Source: an uncultured bacterium
GTDB taxonomy: Bacteria; Babelota; Babeliae; Babelales; JABCYS01
DNA: 64,000 nucleotides
Direction of reading: 5' to 3'
Assembly: GCA_963705705.1 (NCBI GenBank)
Contig: CAVPKK010000005.1
Location: 32,001-96,000, forward strand
Position numbers and translations under genes: made by a program. Below the pieces are notes generated by a model. That model worked only from the letters and a program-made list of their open reading frames with translations. It was not told the DNA's origin and did not search any database. Positions 29,106-39,363 of the stretch are shown piece after piece (within the stretch, counting starts at the first letter, position 1; each line of letters starts with the position of its first letter).

Positions 29106-30893
29106 CTACGCCTTTGGCTTAATTTGAAGGCCGTATTCGCGCAGTTTTTTCGGATCGACCGGTGTTGGTGCATTCATCATCAAATCAAAACCTCTTGAGG
29201 TTTTAGGGAATGCAATAACATCACGAATCGACTCACTATTAGTTAATAACATGACGAAGCGATCCAAGCCAAGAGCTATGCCACCATGAGGCGGAAAACC
29301 TAACTCCTGCGCCTCTAATAAGAAGCCAAAATGAGCTTCCATTTCTTCCGCCTGGAGGCCGAGCAGTTTGAAGGCTTCCATTTGGACCTTATGGTCATGA
29401 ATACGAATTGAGCCACCGCCAAGCTCGATGCCATTCAACACAATATCGTAGGCACGGGCTTTGATATCTTTTGGTTGTTGATTTTGCCAATCGCCTTTTG
29501 GCGAAGTGAACGGGTGATGTTTGCTGACATAGCGCTTATCATCGGCATTGTATTCAAGAAGTGGAAAATCAACTATCCAGCAAAAGTGAAGTACATCTTT
29601 AGGGATTAAGTTCAATGCTTTGCCAAATTCTAAGCGTAAGCGACCCAGTAATGTCCAGGCTGTTTCATATTCACCAGCAATGGCAAAGATAGTGTCGTTT
29701 TTACCCAGGTAGGGAACAACCGCGCGTACTTTCTCGAAATAATCGGCGGGGAGAAATTTGGCAACGGGTGATTCGACACTGCCAGCTTCATCAAATCTAA
29801 ACCACAATAATCCCTGCGCCCCGAGGAGTTGAGCTTTGGCAACCCAAGCGGCGAGTTCCGAACGAGTGAACTGCTTATTTTGAACTACAAGTGCCCCAAT
29901 TTGGCCTTTGGTATCCAATGTTTGGCGAAGAAATTTCAGTTGCGTGTCGGCAAAAACACTGGAGATGTCATGGATGTGCATGGTAAAGCGTTGGTCAGGT
30001 TTGTCTGAACCATACAGGCGCATTGCTTCATCGTATGCCATTCTTGGAAATGGAATATCAAGTTCTTTGTTAAAGATTTTCTTCCAAAGGTAAGCCAATA
30101 ATTTTTCGATGGTGTTTTGAATGTCCTTTTCTTCGATGAAAGACATTTCGATATCCAGCTGCGTAAATTCTGGCTGACGGTCGGCACGTAGATCTTCATC
30201 ACGGAAACAGCGGGCGATTTGGAAATATTTTTCCATACCAGCGGCCATAAGAATTTGTTTATATAGCTGCGGCGATTGTGACGAATATACCCAGCCTTGG
30301 TGTAAACGCGATGGAACAATAAATTCACGCGCGCCTTCGGCAGTATTTTTGGTCAAAATTGGCGTTTCAATTTCATAAAAGCCTTCACCCTGGAAATACT
30401 CGCGCATAGCAAAGGTGATGGCATTGCGTAGCTTTATTTTTTCCGTCATTTCTGGACGGCGCAAATCGAGATAGCGATATTTTAAGCGCAGCTCTTCGTC
30501 TACGGTGTCACCTTCATCAAGTGAAAATGGTAAAGCTTTTGCTCTGTTTAGGATGGTAAGCGTTTGGACAATCAATTCCCAATGACCGGTTGGCAGCTGA
30601 TCATTAACGGTGGCTGGTGGACGGGCTACTACTTCTCCAGAAACTGAAATAACAAATTCGTTGCGCAAATGTTGAGCTTGTTCATGAAGTTCGGCATTGA
30701 TAGTTGGGTTAAAAACGAGCTGCATCATTCCGCTGCGATCTCTGATATCGATAAAAATCAGACCGCCATGGTCTCGCCGGCGGTGTACCCAACCTGCCAA
30801 ATAAATAACGTTGTTAAGATGCGTGCCGGTTACTTGGCCGCAGCCAGTTGTACGTTGAAATGAAGTTTGCGTTTCCGCTATATTTTTGCTCAT
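29106..30893 (-). CDS. aspS: Aspartate--tRNA ligase
   Basis: GWVHRRRDHGG, RLKYRYLDLRR, CFRDEDLRADRQPEFTQLD, PPHGGIALGLDR. Confidence 0.97.
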   Translation of the reverse strand: MSKNIAETQTSFQRTTGCGQVTGTHLNNVIYLAGWVHRRRDHGGLIFIDIRDRSGMMQLVFNPTINAELHEQAQHLRNEFVISVSGEVVARPPATVNDQLPTGHWELIVQTLTILNRAKALPFSLDEGDTVDEELRLKYRYLDLRRPEMTEKIKLRNAITFAMREYFQGEGFYEIETPILTKNTAEGAREFIVPSRLHQGWVYSSQSPQLYKQILMAAGMEKYFQIARCFRDEDLRADRQPEFTQLDIEMSFIEEKDIQNTIEKLLAYLWKKIFNKELDIPFPRMAYDEAMRLYGSDKPDQRFTMHIHDISSVFADTQLKFLRQTLDTKGQIGALVVQNKQFTRSELAAWVAKAQLLGAQGLLWFRFDEAGSVESPVAKFLPADYFEKVRAVVPYLGKNDTIFAIAGEYETAWTLLGRLRLEFGKALNLIPKDVLHFCWIVDFPLLEYNADDKRYVSKHHPFTSPKGDWQNQQPKDIKARAYDIVLNGIELGGGSIRIHDHKVQMEAFKLLGLQAEEMEAHFGFLLEAQELGFPPHGGIALGLDRFVMLLTNSESIRDVIAFPKTSRGFDLMMNAPTPVDPKKLREYGLQIKPKA

Positions 30894-33207
30894 TAGAATT
30901 TATATTCCAAACCGATGTTGATGAAATAGGCAATTGACTTGCCAAGCGTTGGGGCTTTTGCGACCACTTCATCAGGGTTTCTCAGCAATATTTTAATCGC
31001 CTCTTTAGTAACTGGCAGGCCTTGCAGATCTTTATAATGTCCGCCGGGCACAAAGAGTGCTGCAACGGTAAAGAATTTTAGACTTTCGTACGGAAATAGG
31101 TCAACAAATAAGTTAAGTTCTGTTCCATAGAAATTATCGGCATTAGTGTTAAGTATTTTTTTCGTTGCGCAATCGAAAGCACGCGTTGGGGTAAATTGCC
31201 AGAACCATAAAATGTTTGGACGGATATACGGCTTACATTTTATTTTTGGCCTAATGTGTCCAGCAATACCGGTGTAGATGAGATTGGTAAATTCACTTAC
31301 ACGCGCCGGCACAATTGAATTTTCAAGTGTATCATCAACCAATGAAACTGGTCGCACAAGACGCCGTTGGCCAAGAAAGTAAGCACTTTCAACCAAATCA
31401 CCACTAAAGATTTCCTGTAATCCAATAAAGCCTTGATATTTCCCATCAGGCAGCGGAGCCTTAGGATCTGTTGTGTTCAATATATTTGGTGCCTCATCAC
31501 CAGAAGCAACCCCTGCCTCAACGGCAATTGCATACTGCTTATCTTGCCACCAATATGCCATGTTGGTTACCAACATCCAACCATCGAATTCCGTGCAATA
31601 CGGATCGTCAAAGCGATTGGTATTGATGAGGTTAGTATCATCGATTGGTTGGAAATTATATTGCATTCCCTGTGGTGAGGTATTAATAACTGCCTGGTTG
31701 CCTTTGGTCGCCGGCGCTGGAGCGCCATTTTGCGTTACGTTGCTATTTACTACCTGCAGGTTGGCATTTGCATCGGGAACTATTTGCAACATATTGCGAT
31801 CCCAGCCATACACTTTTTGGTGGCCAAAGTTTTTTGCAAATTCAAAACTAAATTCAAACCCGCCACGATCATAATCTATAGCAAAACCGCCAGTCCCAAA
31901 CTTGCTATTAGCATCGCCGGGAAATTCTATTTTTTGTTCCGGATCGTCGTTATACAAAATATAGGGCTCGAGCTGGAGCGTTCCATAGCAGTCACTGCGA
32001 AGTGGTATCATTTGCGAACGGAAGGCAAGCAACCAGTTAAGGTGGCCAAAGCCGCGTGTTGGGTTGTCTCGATGATCAAAGCGTCCCGCATAAATTGGTT
32101 CCATGATAGTGCCAAAATCGGTAGCAAGGTTGCGGATGAGAGCAAAATATAAATCGTATGACAAGCGTTCTTTTATGAGCTGCCCAGTAAATAAAACACC
32201 CGGTGCATACTGATCGATGGCGTTATCACTAAAAAAACCAACAAGTTGCCCATTCAGCCCATACGCTTCACCAAGCGCAATACCTTGCCCAATTTTAAAT
32301 GGGTAATAACCGGCAATAAGATATTGTTTGAGTTTATCATCCCAGCCAAATACGCCGTTAATTAATGTTTTTAGCCAGCCTTCACGGATCCAAACGAGGT
32401 GGCGGCCAAGATCATGGGTATGGGTGCCAAAGTTTGCACCGCCTAGATTTAGAGTAGTTTCGGTAGTCGTAACAATTTTACGGCTTCCCCAGTTACCTTT
32501 ATTGCGCAAGGTAGTTTTGAATTCTACGGCGCGAGGAATGCATTCTGTGTTGTATGCCGCATTAAAGTTGAGATCAAAAGTGTGGCGGAAAATTAATAGG
32601 CGATCGTTTGGAAAGCATTCGTTCAAGAATGAGTTATCTTTTTGGTAAAAAACTTCTGGCCGATACTTACCAGTAATACTAAATTCGCCGGTTTTCTTTT
32701 TAATCAGAAAAATTGGTGGCAACACAGGGCCTGCATAATCTTCGGCTTTTTCATGCTCGATGAACGGCGTAACAATTTCATTAGGAAGTGCGCGTTGCAA
32801 AGCGCCTGGAGCATCTACGATATTTGGTGTGCATTCACCCTCTTCTGCCGCTTCAACAACACGTTCAGTACCAAATGCAGATTCAACCGGGGGCTCATAT
32901 ACACATTCTTCATCGGATACTATTTCATATACGGGCTCCGATGGCGGTGGAGGCAATTGTTTGTTTAGTGGCTTTAGCTTTTTTCTTTGGGAACCTGAAT
33001 TACTTCTTCATCCTCAGTATCTGGAATGGCGACTGGCGTTAGATCATCCTCTGCTAAAAATAAGAAATCTTGATCATCTGGGGCGTCAACTTCATGCACT
33101 TGTGGTGCAGTTGATTGAGCAACAGGTATTGGCTTATTTTCTGCGTACAATGAAAGAGTTGGCAATAGCAATATCGAAAGGAAATATGCGCGCTGGAGCA
33201 TGGTCAT
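30893..33207 (-). pseudogene. Large outer-membrane beta-barrel-like gene split by a 1-nt frameshift (real, phase-variable or assembly error)
   Basis: ORF 32974-33207 carries the signal peptide; ORF 30893-32956 ends YFINIGLEYKF. Adding one A to the A6 run at 32979-32984 joins them. Confidence 0.7.
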
Positions 33208-33344
33208 AACTGTCAGTTCCGGTAAATTAAGATAAAGTCTCGTACCGCTTAATCAAAAAGTAGCGGTGGCGTGCAACATTACCGATTCTTGCTGAGAAAA
33301 TCAATGCAAATAAGAGAAATAGGATTTTTAAGAAAGACTGAATC

Positions 33345-34211
33345 ATGACGAAACACAAATTATTACTCGGTGCACACATGTCTATTGCCGGTGGTGTTCA
33401 CAATGCCATAGCTCGAGGCGAATCTATTGGCTGCACCGCAATTCAGATCTTTACGAAGAGCAATCGGCAGTGGCATGCGGCACCATTAAAAGAAGAAGAA
33501 ATTAAGCTGTTTAAAGAGGCAGTTAAGCAATCAAAGCTTATTTCTAAAAAAGATATCGTGGTGCATGCAGCATATCTTATTAACATTGCCACCAAAGACG
33601 CTGCCATGCGAAAAAAATCACTTCATGGCTTAAACCAAGAATTAGCTCGCTGCGAACAGCTCGATATCCCATCGCTGGTCTTGCATCCTGGTTCTCGCGT
33701 GGAAACCGATGAAGATACATCAGTCAGCCTTATCGCTGAGGCGATCGATGAAGCATTTGAAAAAGTGCCTGGCTCTGCAAAAATTCTTATCGAGACCATG
33801 GCGGGTCAAGGGAGCAGTATGTGTTCCACATTAGAACAAATCGCGGCTGTTATCAAGAAGTCTCATCACAAAAAAAGAGTTGGTGTTTGCATAGACAGCT
33901 GTCACTTATTCGCAGCAGGCTATGATATTAAAAATCATTACAAAGAAGTGATGAAACAATTCGATGATCTTATCGGCTTGGATAAATTGCACGCAATTCA
34001 TATCAATGACAGCAAAAAAGGATTGGGTTCTCGCGTTGACCGCCATGCAGACATTGGCAAAGGGGAGCTGGGCACAGAATTCTTTAAACATTTATTTACT
34101 GACCACCGGTTGGTTGATGTGCCAAAAATTTTAGAAACCCCTAAAACAGGTGATGATGTTATGAAGGATTATGTTCGCAACATGGATGTAATTAAGAAGC
34201 TGATCGACTAA
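33345..34211 (-). other. No feature on this strand; see nfo on the + strand (antisense ORF 33906-34091 considered spurious)
   Basis: Short antisense ORF with no recognisable motif. Confidence 0.05.
33345..34211 (+). CDS. nfo: Endonuclease IV
   Basis: GAHMSIAGG, VHAAYLIN, LHPGS, ETMAGQG, HINDSK...DRH, ILETP. Confidence 0.95.
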   Translation: MTKHKLLLGAHMSIAGGVHNAIARGESIGCTAIQIFTKSNRQWHAAPLKEEEIKLFKEAVKQSKLISKKDIVVHAAYLINIATKDAAMRKKSLHGLNQELARCEQLDIPSLVLHPGSRVETDEDTSVSLIAEAIDEAFEKVPGSAKILIETMAGQGSSMCSTLEQIAAVIKKSHHKKRVGVCIDSCHLFAAGYDIKNHYKEVMKQFDDLIGLDKLHAIHINDSKKGLGSRVDRHADIGKGELGTEFFKHLFTDHRLVDVPKILETPKTGDDVMKDYVRNMDVIKKLID

Positions 34212-35220
34212 GTACATTTTTATTGTGGTCAAGCACAATGTAATACCAGGCGCAGAGCAGAATGGCCATAACAAAGATCAAGCCACGAAATGCTAAGTAA
34301 TTAAGTACAAAGGCATATGCCACACAAAGAAGCACGAGTGAGCAGGCTGCTACAAAAAGCAAAATTTGCGGAACTGTCCAACCTTTACCGCGCAATAACA
34401 AGCAAAAATGGTGCGGGCTCGGCTTGTAAAAGGGAATGCCTTTCGCAGTTCGAATGATAATCAGCGTAACTACTTCAACCAGGGGAATCGCCAAGACAAC
34501 AATTGGTGTCAGAAAGCCCATTGCATTATGTTGGCTCCAGGAAAAAATAAATGGGACTACTGAAAGCAAACCGCCAATGAATAACGCACCTGCATCACCC
34601 AGGTAAATTTGCGCCTTTGGCTTGTTGTACCACAAGAATGCGATCAATGCGCCAATCAATGAAGCCATTAGTAAAGCAACATCATGTTGACCCAAGAAGA
34701 ACGCGATTGCCAAGAAAGAAACAGAAGCGCCGAGCGACGTCATGGTAGCAAGGCCGTCCATGACGTCGATAAGATTAAATCCGTTAACAATCGTCAAAAT
34801 CCAGAGCAATGAGATGGGTATTGCAATAAGCCAATGCGTATAAAGAAATGATTCTTTAAGATACAAGCCGCCTTTTAAAAAACAGATAGAGGCAATAAAT
34901 TGCCCCAAAAATTTTTGCCAGGGAGCGAGCGCTACCAAATCATCAAAAACGCCTACTAGCAATAATAACGAACTGCCAACGAGCAAGAAGAAAAAGCTAT
35001 TTTCGATAGGGAAGACGAGTGCAAGACCTGCTAAGAAACCGCCATATACGGCAACACCCCCAAGATAGGGAGTAATGGTTTCATGTTTTTTGATCTTACC
35101 ATCAGGTACGTCGACCACCCCCAGCCTTACTGCGAGTTTGCACAGCAATGGCACGAGGGCAAAGCTGACAAGAAATGAAATTACTCCAGCAATGGCTAAC
35201 TTGAGTATGAACGGAATCAC
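34192..35220 (-). CDS. Glycosyltransferase family 4 (WecA/TagO-like GlcNAc-1-phosphate transferase)
   Basis: PYLGG, GVFDD, NGFNLIDVMDGLA, YN.P.A.IYLGD.G. Confidence 0.88.
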   Translation of the reverse strand: MIPFILKLAIAGVISFLVSFALVPLLCKLAVRLGVVDVPDGKIKKHETITPYLGGVAVYGGFLAGLALVFPIENSFFFLLVGSSLLLLVGVFDDLVALAPWQKFLGQFIASICFLKGGLYLKESFLYTHWLIAIPISLLWILTIVNGFNLIDVMDGLATMTSLGASVSFLAIAFFLGQHDVALLMASLIGALIAFLWYNKPKAQIYLGDAGALFIGGLLSVVPFIFSWSQHNAMGFLTPIVVLAIPLVEVVTLIIIRTAKGIPFYKPSPHHFCLLLRGKGWTVPQILLFVAACSLVLLCVAYAFVLNYLAFRGLIFVMAILLCAWYYIVLDHNKNVLSRSAS

Positions 35221-35223
35221 TTT

Positions 35224-37446
35224 TTACTCGCCTTTGGTCTCGATATACGCTTCAACTCGATCGCCTTCTTCCCAATCATTAAACTTATCGATCATGAAAG
35301 CGCACTCAAAACCTTTTAATACTTCTTTTACCGATTTTCGATCGCGTTGTAGAGAGGTAATTTTACCTTCGCCAACTTTCTTTGTTCCGCGCCACACAAC
35401 CACGGTGCTTTGGCTCGTAATTTTCCCTTCTTGTACATAGCATCCAGCGATAACGCCAACACCTTTGATCGGGAAAATTTTGCGGACTTCTACTTGGCCG
35501 ATTTTTTGTTTGATAATAACCGGCTCTTTAGCACCTTTTATAAGATCTTTAAGCCCATCGAACAGCTTATAAATAATATCATGTGGTTCAATATCAATCT
35601 TTTCGCGTTGCGCCGCTTCGATAGCACTTGGCTCTGCTCTAACGTGCAAGGTTACAATGCGCGAGTCGGTATTAGCTGCAAGCATAACATCGCCTTCAGT
35701 TACCGGGCCGACGCCCGAACTGACTACATGTAATTGCACATCGCCTTTACCAGAAAGGCCTGGTAATGCGCCCAAGATTGCTTCCAGGGAAGAGTGATTG
35801 TCGGCTTTAACAATGATATTAATAGAATTTTCTGGCTGTACAGCTTTGGCCGTAGCGGCTTTTCTTTCTGCGCCAAGCACACCGGTTTTCGAACGCGCTT
35901 GCCTAAATATTGGCTCGGTCACTGCCTTAAAGTTGTCGCCAACGGCAGGTAAATCATCAAAGCCAGTAATTTGAACAGGTACCGATGGCGGAGCGCTCAA
36001 TACGCGTTCGCCTTCGGAATTTAGCATTGCAGTAACTTTACCCTGGGTATCACCGCAGGTGAAATAGTCACCAATTTTTAACGTGCCTTCATGGCAGATG
36101 ACCGTTGCTACAGCTCCGCGACCTTTTTCAAGCTTCGATTCCAGCACAAAACCATTTCCTGGCAATGTAGGATCAGCCTTAAGGTCCATCATCTGGGCTT
36201 GTAGGGAAAGAATTTCGAGTAACTCGTCGACGCCTGTTCCAACTTTGGCCGAGATTGGAACGAAGATAGTAGTACCACCCCATGACTCTGCCAATAAGTC
36301 GTATTGTGATAGATCTCGTTTTACGACGTCTATGCGCTCAGGGCCAACCTTATCAATTTTATTTACCGCAACAATGATCGGAATATTGTTGGCCTTGGCA
36401 ATTTTTAATGCCTCAAGTGTTTGCGGCTTAACGCTATCATCAGCTGCGACTACAAGAATCGCAATATCGGCAACGCGGGAACCGCGCATACGGATTTTTG
36501 AGAACGCTTCATGGCCTGGTGTATCTAAAAATACCAGTCCGCCATGCGCCGTTGGTACTTCGTATGCTCCCAAGTGTTGGGTAATGCCACCTTTTTCACG
36601 AGCAGCGACACGTGTTTTGCGAATAAAATCTAGGAGCGTTGTTTTGCCATGGTCAACGTGACCCATCACGACCACAATTGGCATCCGTTCGATAGCTTTG
36701 TGTGTGATGGCCGTGCGTTCTCTTTTTTCTTGCTCCGCAACAGGTTGAACGGTCTGCGCAGTCGTTACTACTTCAATGCCCAAAGAGCGGGCTAAGTCAG
36801 CCACTGCTTGTATGGGTACAATTTGATTTTTTGCCGCCGCGATCCCTTTTTTTAATAGCGCTAAAATAATCTCACCGACCGACTTGTGCAGATATGCAGC
36901 TAATTGGTCAGGAGTCATTGGGCGTAATTCGATTGAGGTTGGCATAGCAACGACAGGAGGCGTTGGTATGGCAGGTTGCGGCCGTGCGGGCGGATAACCT
37001 TTGTGTTGTGATTGCGGCTTAAAAGTAGGTTTATGCGCTGGAATGTGTCGCATCTGAGAAGGAGCGGGGTGGTGCGCACTAACCGGACGATGTTGCTGCG
37101 GCGCTTGAGCTGCCATCGAAGGCTTTGCTGGAGCGGCATGCGCTTGCTTTACTGCCGTGGCAGGTTCGGGCGCCTTGTGTGGTGCTTCAGGCTTAACGGC
37201 GGTTTCTTTGACTGGCATTGTTGTTTTTTTCTCTCGTCCTTCGACTGGCTCAGGATGAGCGGAAAAAGCTTTGACAGGCTTAGCGGCCGGAGGTGCTTGT
37301 TTGGAAAGTTCTTTTTCGAGATACGCACGCATCTCATCGGTAAGGGCAACAAAATGTGTAGCTGCCTTAAAGCCACCCTTGGCCAATAGATCCATTATTG
37401 TTTTTGCTGGTAATTTAACTTGCTTTGCGTATTCGTATATGCGCAT
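35224..37446 (-). CDS. infB: Translation initiation factor IF-2
   Basis: [40 protein letters not shown]. Confidence 0.97.
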   Translation of the reverse strand: MRIYEYAKQVKLPAKTIMDLLAKGGFKAATHFVALTDEMRAYLEKELSKQAPPAAKPVKAFSAHPEPVEGREKKTTMPVKETAVKPEAPHKAPEPATAVKQAHAAPAKPSMAAQAPQQHRPVSAHHPAPSQMRHIPAHKPTFKPQSQHKGYPPARPQPAIPTPPVVAMPTSIELRPMTPDQLAAYLHKSVGEIILALLKKGIAAAKNQIVPIQAVADLARSLGIEVVTTAQTVQPVAEQEKRERTAITHKAIERMPIVVVMGHVDHGKTTLLDFIRKTRVAAREKGGITQHLGAYEVPTAHGGLVFLDTPGHEAFSKIRMRGSRVADIAILVVAADDSVKPQTLEALKIAKANNIPIIVAVNKIDKVGPERIDVVKRDLSQYDLLAESWGGTTIFVPISAKVGTGVDELLEILSLQAQMMDLKADPTLPGNGFVLESKLEKGRGAVATVICHEGTLKIGDYFTCGDTQGKVTAMLNSEGERVLSAPPSVPVQITGFDDLPAVGDNFKAVTEPIFRQARSKTGVLGAERKAATAKAVQPENSINIIVKADNHSSLEAILGALPGLSGKGDVQLHVVSSGVGPVTEGDVMLAANTDSRIVTLHVRAEPSAIEAAQREKIDIEPHDIIYKLFDGLKDLIKGAKEPVIIKQKIGQVEVRKIFPIKGVGVIAGCYVQEGKITSQSTVVVWRGTKKVGEGKITSLQRDRKSVKEVLKGFECAFMIDKFNDWEEGDRVEAYIETKGE
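37227..37266. repeat. Family-1 element in frame in the IF-2 N-terminal linker
   Basis: CTCGTCCTTCGACTGGCTCAGGATGAGCGG; encodes FSAHPEPVEGREK. Confidence 0.88.
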
Positions 37447-37448
37447 AC

Positions 37449-38585
37449 CTATTCTCCATGTTCATTCGATTGTTCATCGGTATGCTGCTCGGACGAATCT
37501 TCCCGCTTATCCTGATGATGAGAGAGCTCGCTCTCTTCATGATGTTCATCTTCAAATTCAGGATGTTCTTCCCTAACTTCAAGCTGCTGTAAACGAATGT
37601 CCATACCCGTTAACTGTGAAGCCAATTGTATATTCTGGCCCATTCTGCCAATGGCAAGGGAACGCTGATCTTCGGCCAACCAAACGTTAGCTGTATGGTC
37701 AATAATTTCTATACGCGCAATTTCGGCAGGCTTGAGCGCATCACGCACCAACTCCTCAGCAGAATCACTGCCGGAGATGATATCTATCTTTTCGTTGTTA
37801 AGTTCTTTAAGAATCGGCTTAATTCGGACACCGCCAACACCAACACAGGTGCCAACCGGATCAATATTTTGCCCATTAGAAATAACAACAACCTTGGATT
37901 TATATCCAGGAATACGCACGATCTTTTTAATTTCAACCAGCTTTTCGTATACCTCAGGGATTTCGAGCTCAAAAAGCTTGCTTACAAAATCAGAGGATAC
38001 GCGATCGAGAATCAGTTGGTTTTCATTGCGCGGCTCAATAAGAACTTCCTTAAGCATGCAACGGATTGGCATCCCTACAATACACTTATCACCAGGAATC
38101 ATGAGTGAGCTTGGCAAGAAGGCTGACTGGTCTTGGATTTTTACATCTACACCGTTTCGTTCGCATTTATTCACGGTACCGATAACGATATCGCCAAGGC
38201 GATCTTTGAAGTCGTTGTAAACGGCAGCGGCTTCAATTTCACGAATACGGGATGCAATAACCTGTTTTGCACGAATAATTTCGATACGCCCGATAGAACC
38301 CTCAAACGGAACGCCGACTTTGTCGCCAAGGTCTAATTTTTTATTGATTCCGCGAGCTTTACGGAGACTTATTTGACGGTCTTCGTCCTCGACGTTTTGG
38401 ACGATTTCCTTTTCTACAAGCACTTGGATTTCGTCCGATTTTTTGTCGTAGGTGACAGAAATAGGTAATTCAGGATAGCGTTTCTGATAGGCAGTTTGTA
38501 TGCCTTCGCAAATAATCGTACTGAGGACTGATTTGTCGAGCCCTCGCTCTTCTACAAGTTCTTCTAAAACGTCGCCTAGTCTCAC
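37449..38585 (-). CDS. nusA: Transcription termination/antitermination factor NusA
   Basis: LFELEIPEV, DPVGTCVG.GG.RI, EKIDII, SLAIG..GQN. Confidence 0.95.
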   Translation of the reverse strand: MRLGDVLEELVEERGLDKSVLSTIICEGIQTAYQKRYPELPISVTYDKKSDEIQVLVEKEIVQNVEDEDRQISLRKARGINKKLDLGDKVGVPFEGSIGRIEIIRAKQVIASRIREIEAAAVYNDFKDRLGDIVIGTVNKCERNGVDVKIQDQSAFLPSSLMIPGDKCIVGMPIRCMLKEVLIEPRNENQLILDRVSSDFVSKLFELEIPEVYEKLVEIKKIVRIPGYKSKVVVISNGQNIDPVGTCVGVGGVRIKPILKELNNEKIDIISGSDSAEELVRDALKPAEIARIEIIDHTANVWLAEDQRSLAIGRMGQNIQLASQLTGMDIRLQQLEVREEHPEFEDEHHEESELSHHQDKREDSSEQHTDEQSNEHGE

Positions 38586-38697
38586 AGGTATCCCTTAGAT
38601 GTGCTTTTTGATCTGAAATTAAATGGGCGGCCTTTCGACCACCCATAGGAGGAATATAGCAAGAACTAAGGGAAAAACAAACGCAGGTCGATAGGGA

Positions 38698-38867
38698 CTA
38701 GCCCGTAATACGATACTCAATAAATGCCAATTCGGCTGCAAATTTTGGGTCCTTCTCTGCCATTGCGTTAACCTCTCTAGGGCATGAAGTACAGTTGTAT
38801 GATCCATGCGACCTAAAAAAAAGCCTACCTCAACCAAGGAACGGTCAGTCAGCTTACGTAAAAGGTG
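38698..38867 (-). pseudogene. dnaA: dnaA 3' remnant (domain IV), frameshifted
   Basis: HLLRKLTDRSLVEVGFFLGRMDHTTVLHALE, then after a 1-nt shift near 38773 VNAMAEKDPKFAAELAFIEYRITG*; in-frame stop upstream at 38877-38879. Confidence 0.85.
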
Positions 38868-38879
38868 TTTTAATTTTTA

Positions 38880-39363
38880 GCTTAAAGGGAGAACTTGGAT
38901 TTTTTCAAGAAACGGATGCCTTGGGATGGGTTTGTCCACATCGCTAATATCTTACTCTTAATAAACTAAGTATATATATAATAATAGTAGGCGACCCCCC
39001 TCTTTGTGGATAACTCAAAATCACGAAAAAGTTGTCGGAGTTTTTGATTAAGTTTTTTCAAAAAAAGTTAATGTTAACCTTTAATAGGACAATTTGCTTT
39101 TCTTTGTGGAATTGATTGGATCGATCTTCCGAGTTGACGAAACAATCCGCGAGCTGTCTACAGCGTTGTCGACTTACATAATGTCTTTTGGTTATTGCAT
39201 CTATTCAGCATAGTCGAAGGAACAAATTTTCCTTTGTGGCTGCGGAAATTTCTTGTTTCTGACTTTGCTCAATCTATGACTAACCAAATACAAACTATTG
39301 AGTTCGTATAACTTTTAAGTTAGAGAATCGAAAGTTTGGTATTTTTAGGAGCACTTATCCACA
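38880..39363. other. Putative replication origin oriC
   Basis: DnaA boxes TTGTCCACA 38932, TGTGGATAA 39005, TGTGGAATT 39105, TTATCCACA 39355; AT-rich tract, TAA TAA TAG TAG trios (38979-38990) and GC spacer. Confidence 0.75.

Noticed and set aside
30270..30300. AspRS reads YSSQSPQ instead of the usual YALPQSPQ (one residue shorter)
   Set aside because: It cannot be told apart from a local sequencing error or a harmless variant without reads.
32976..32988. Programmed -1 ribosomal frameshift at AAAAAAG
   Set aside because: The zero-frame codons are GAA AAA AGC, so the A_AAA_AAG heptamer is not in the required phase.
38619..38837. 72-aa ORF as an intact gene
   Set aside because: Only its first ~21 residues match DnaA; the rest is out-of-frame read-through of the relic.
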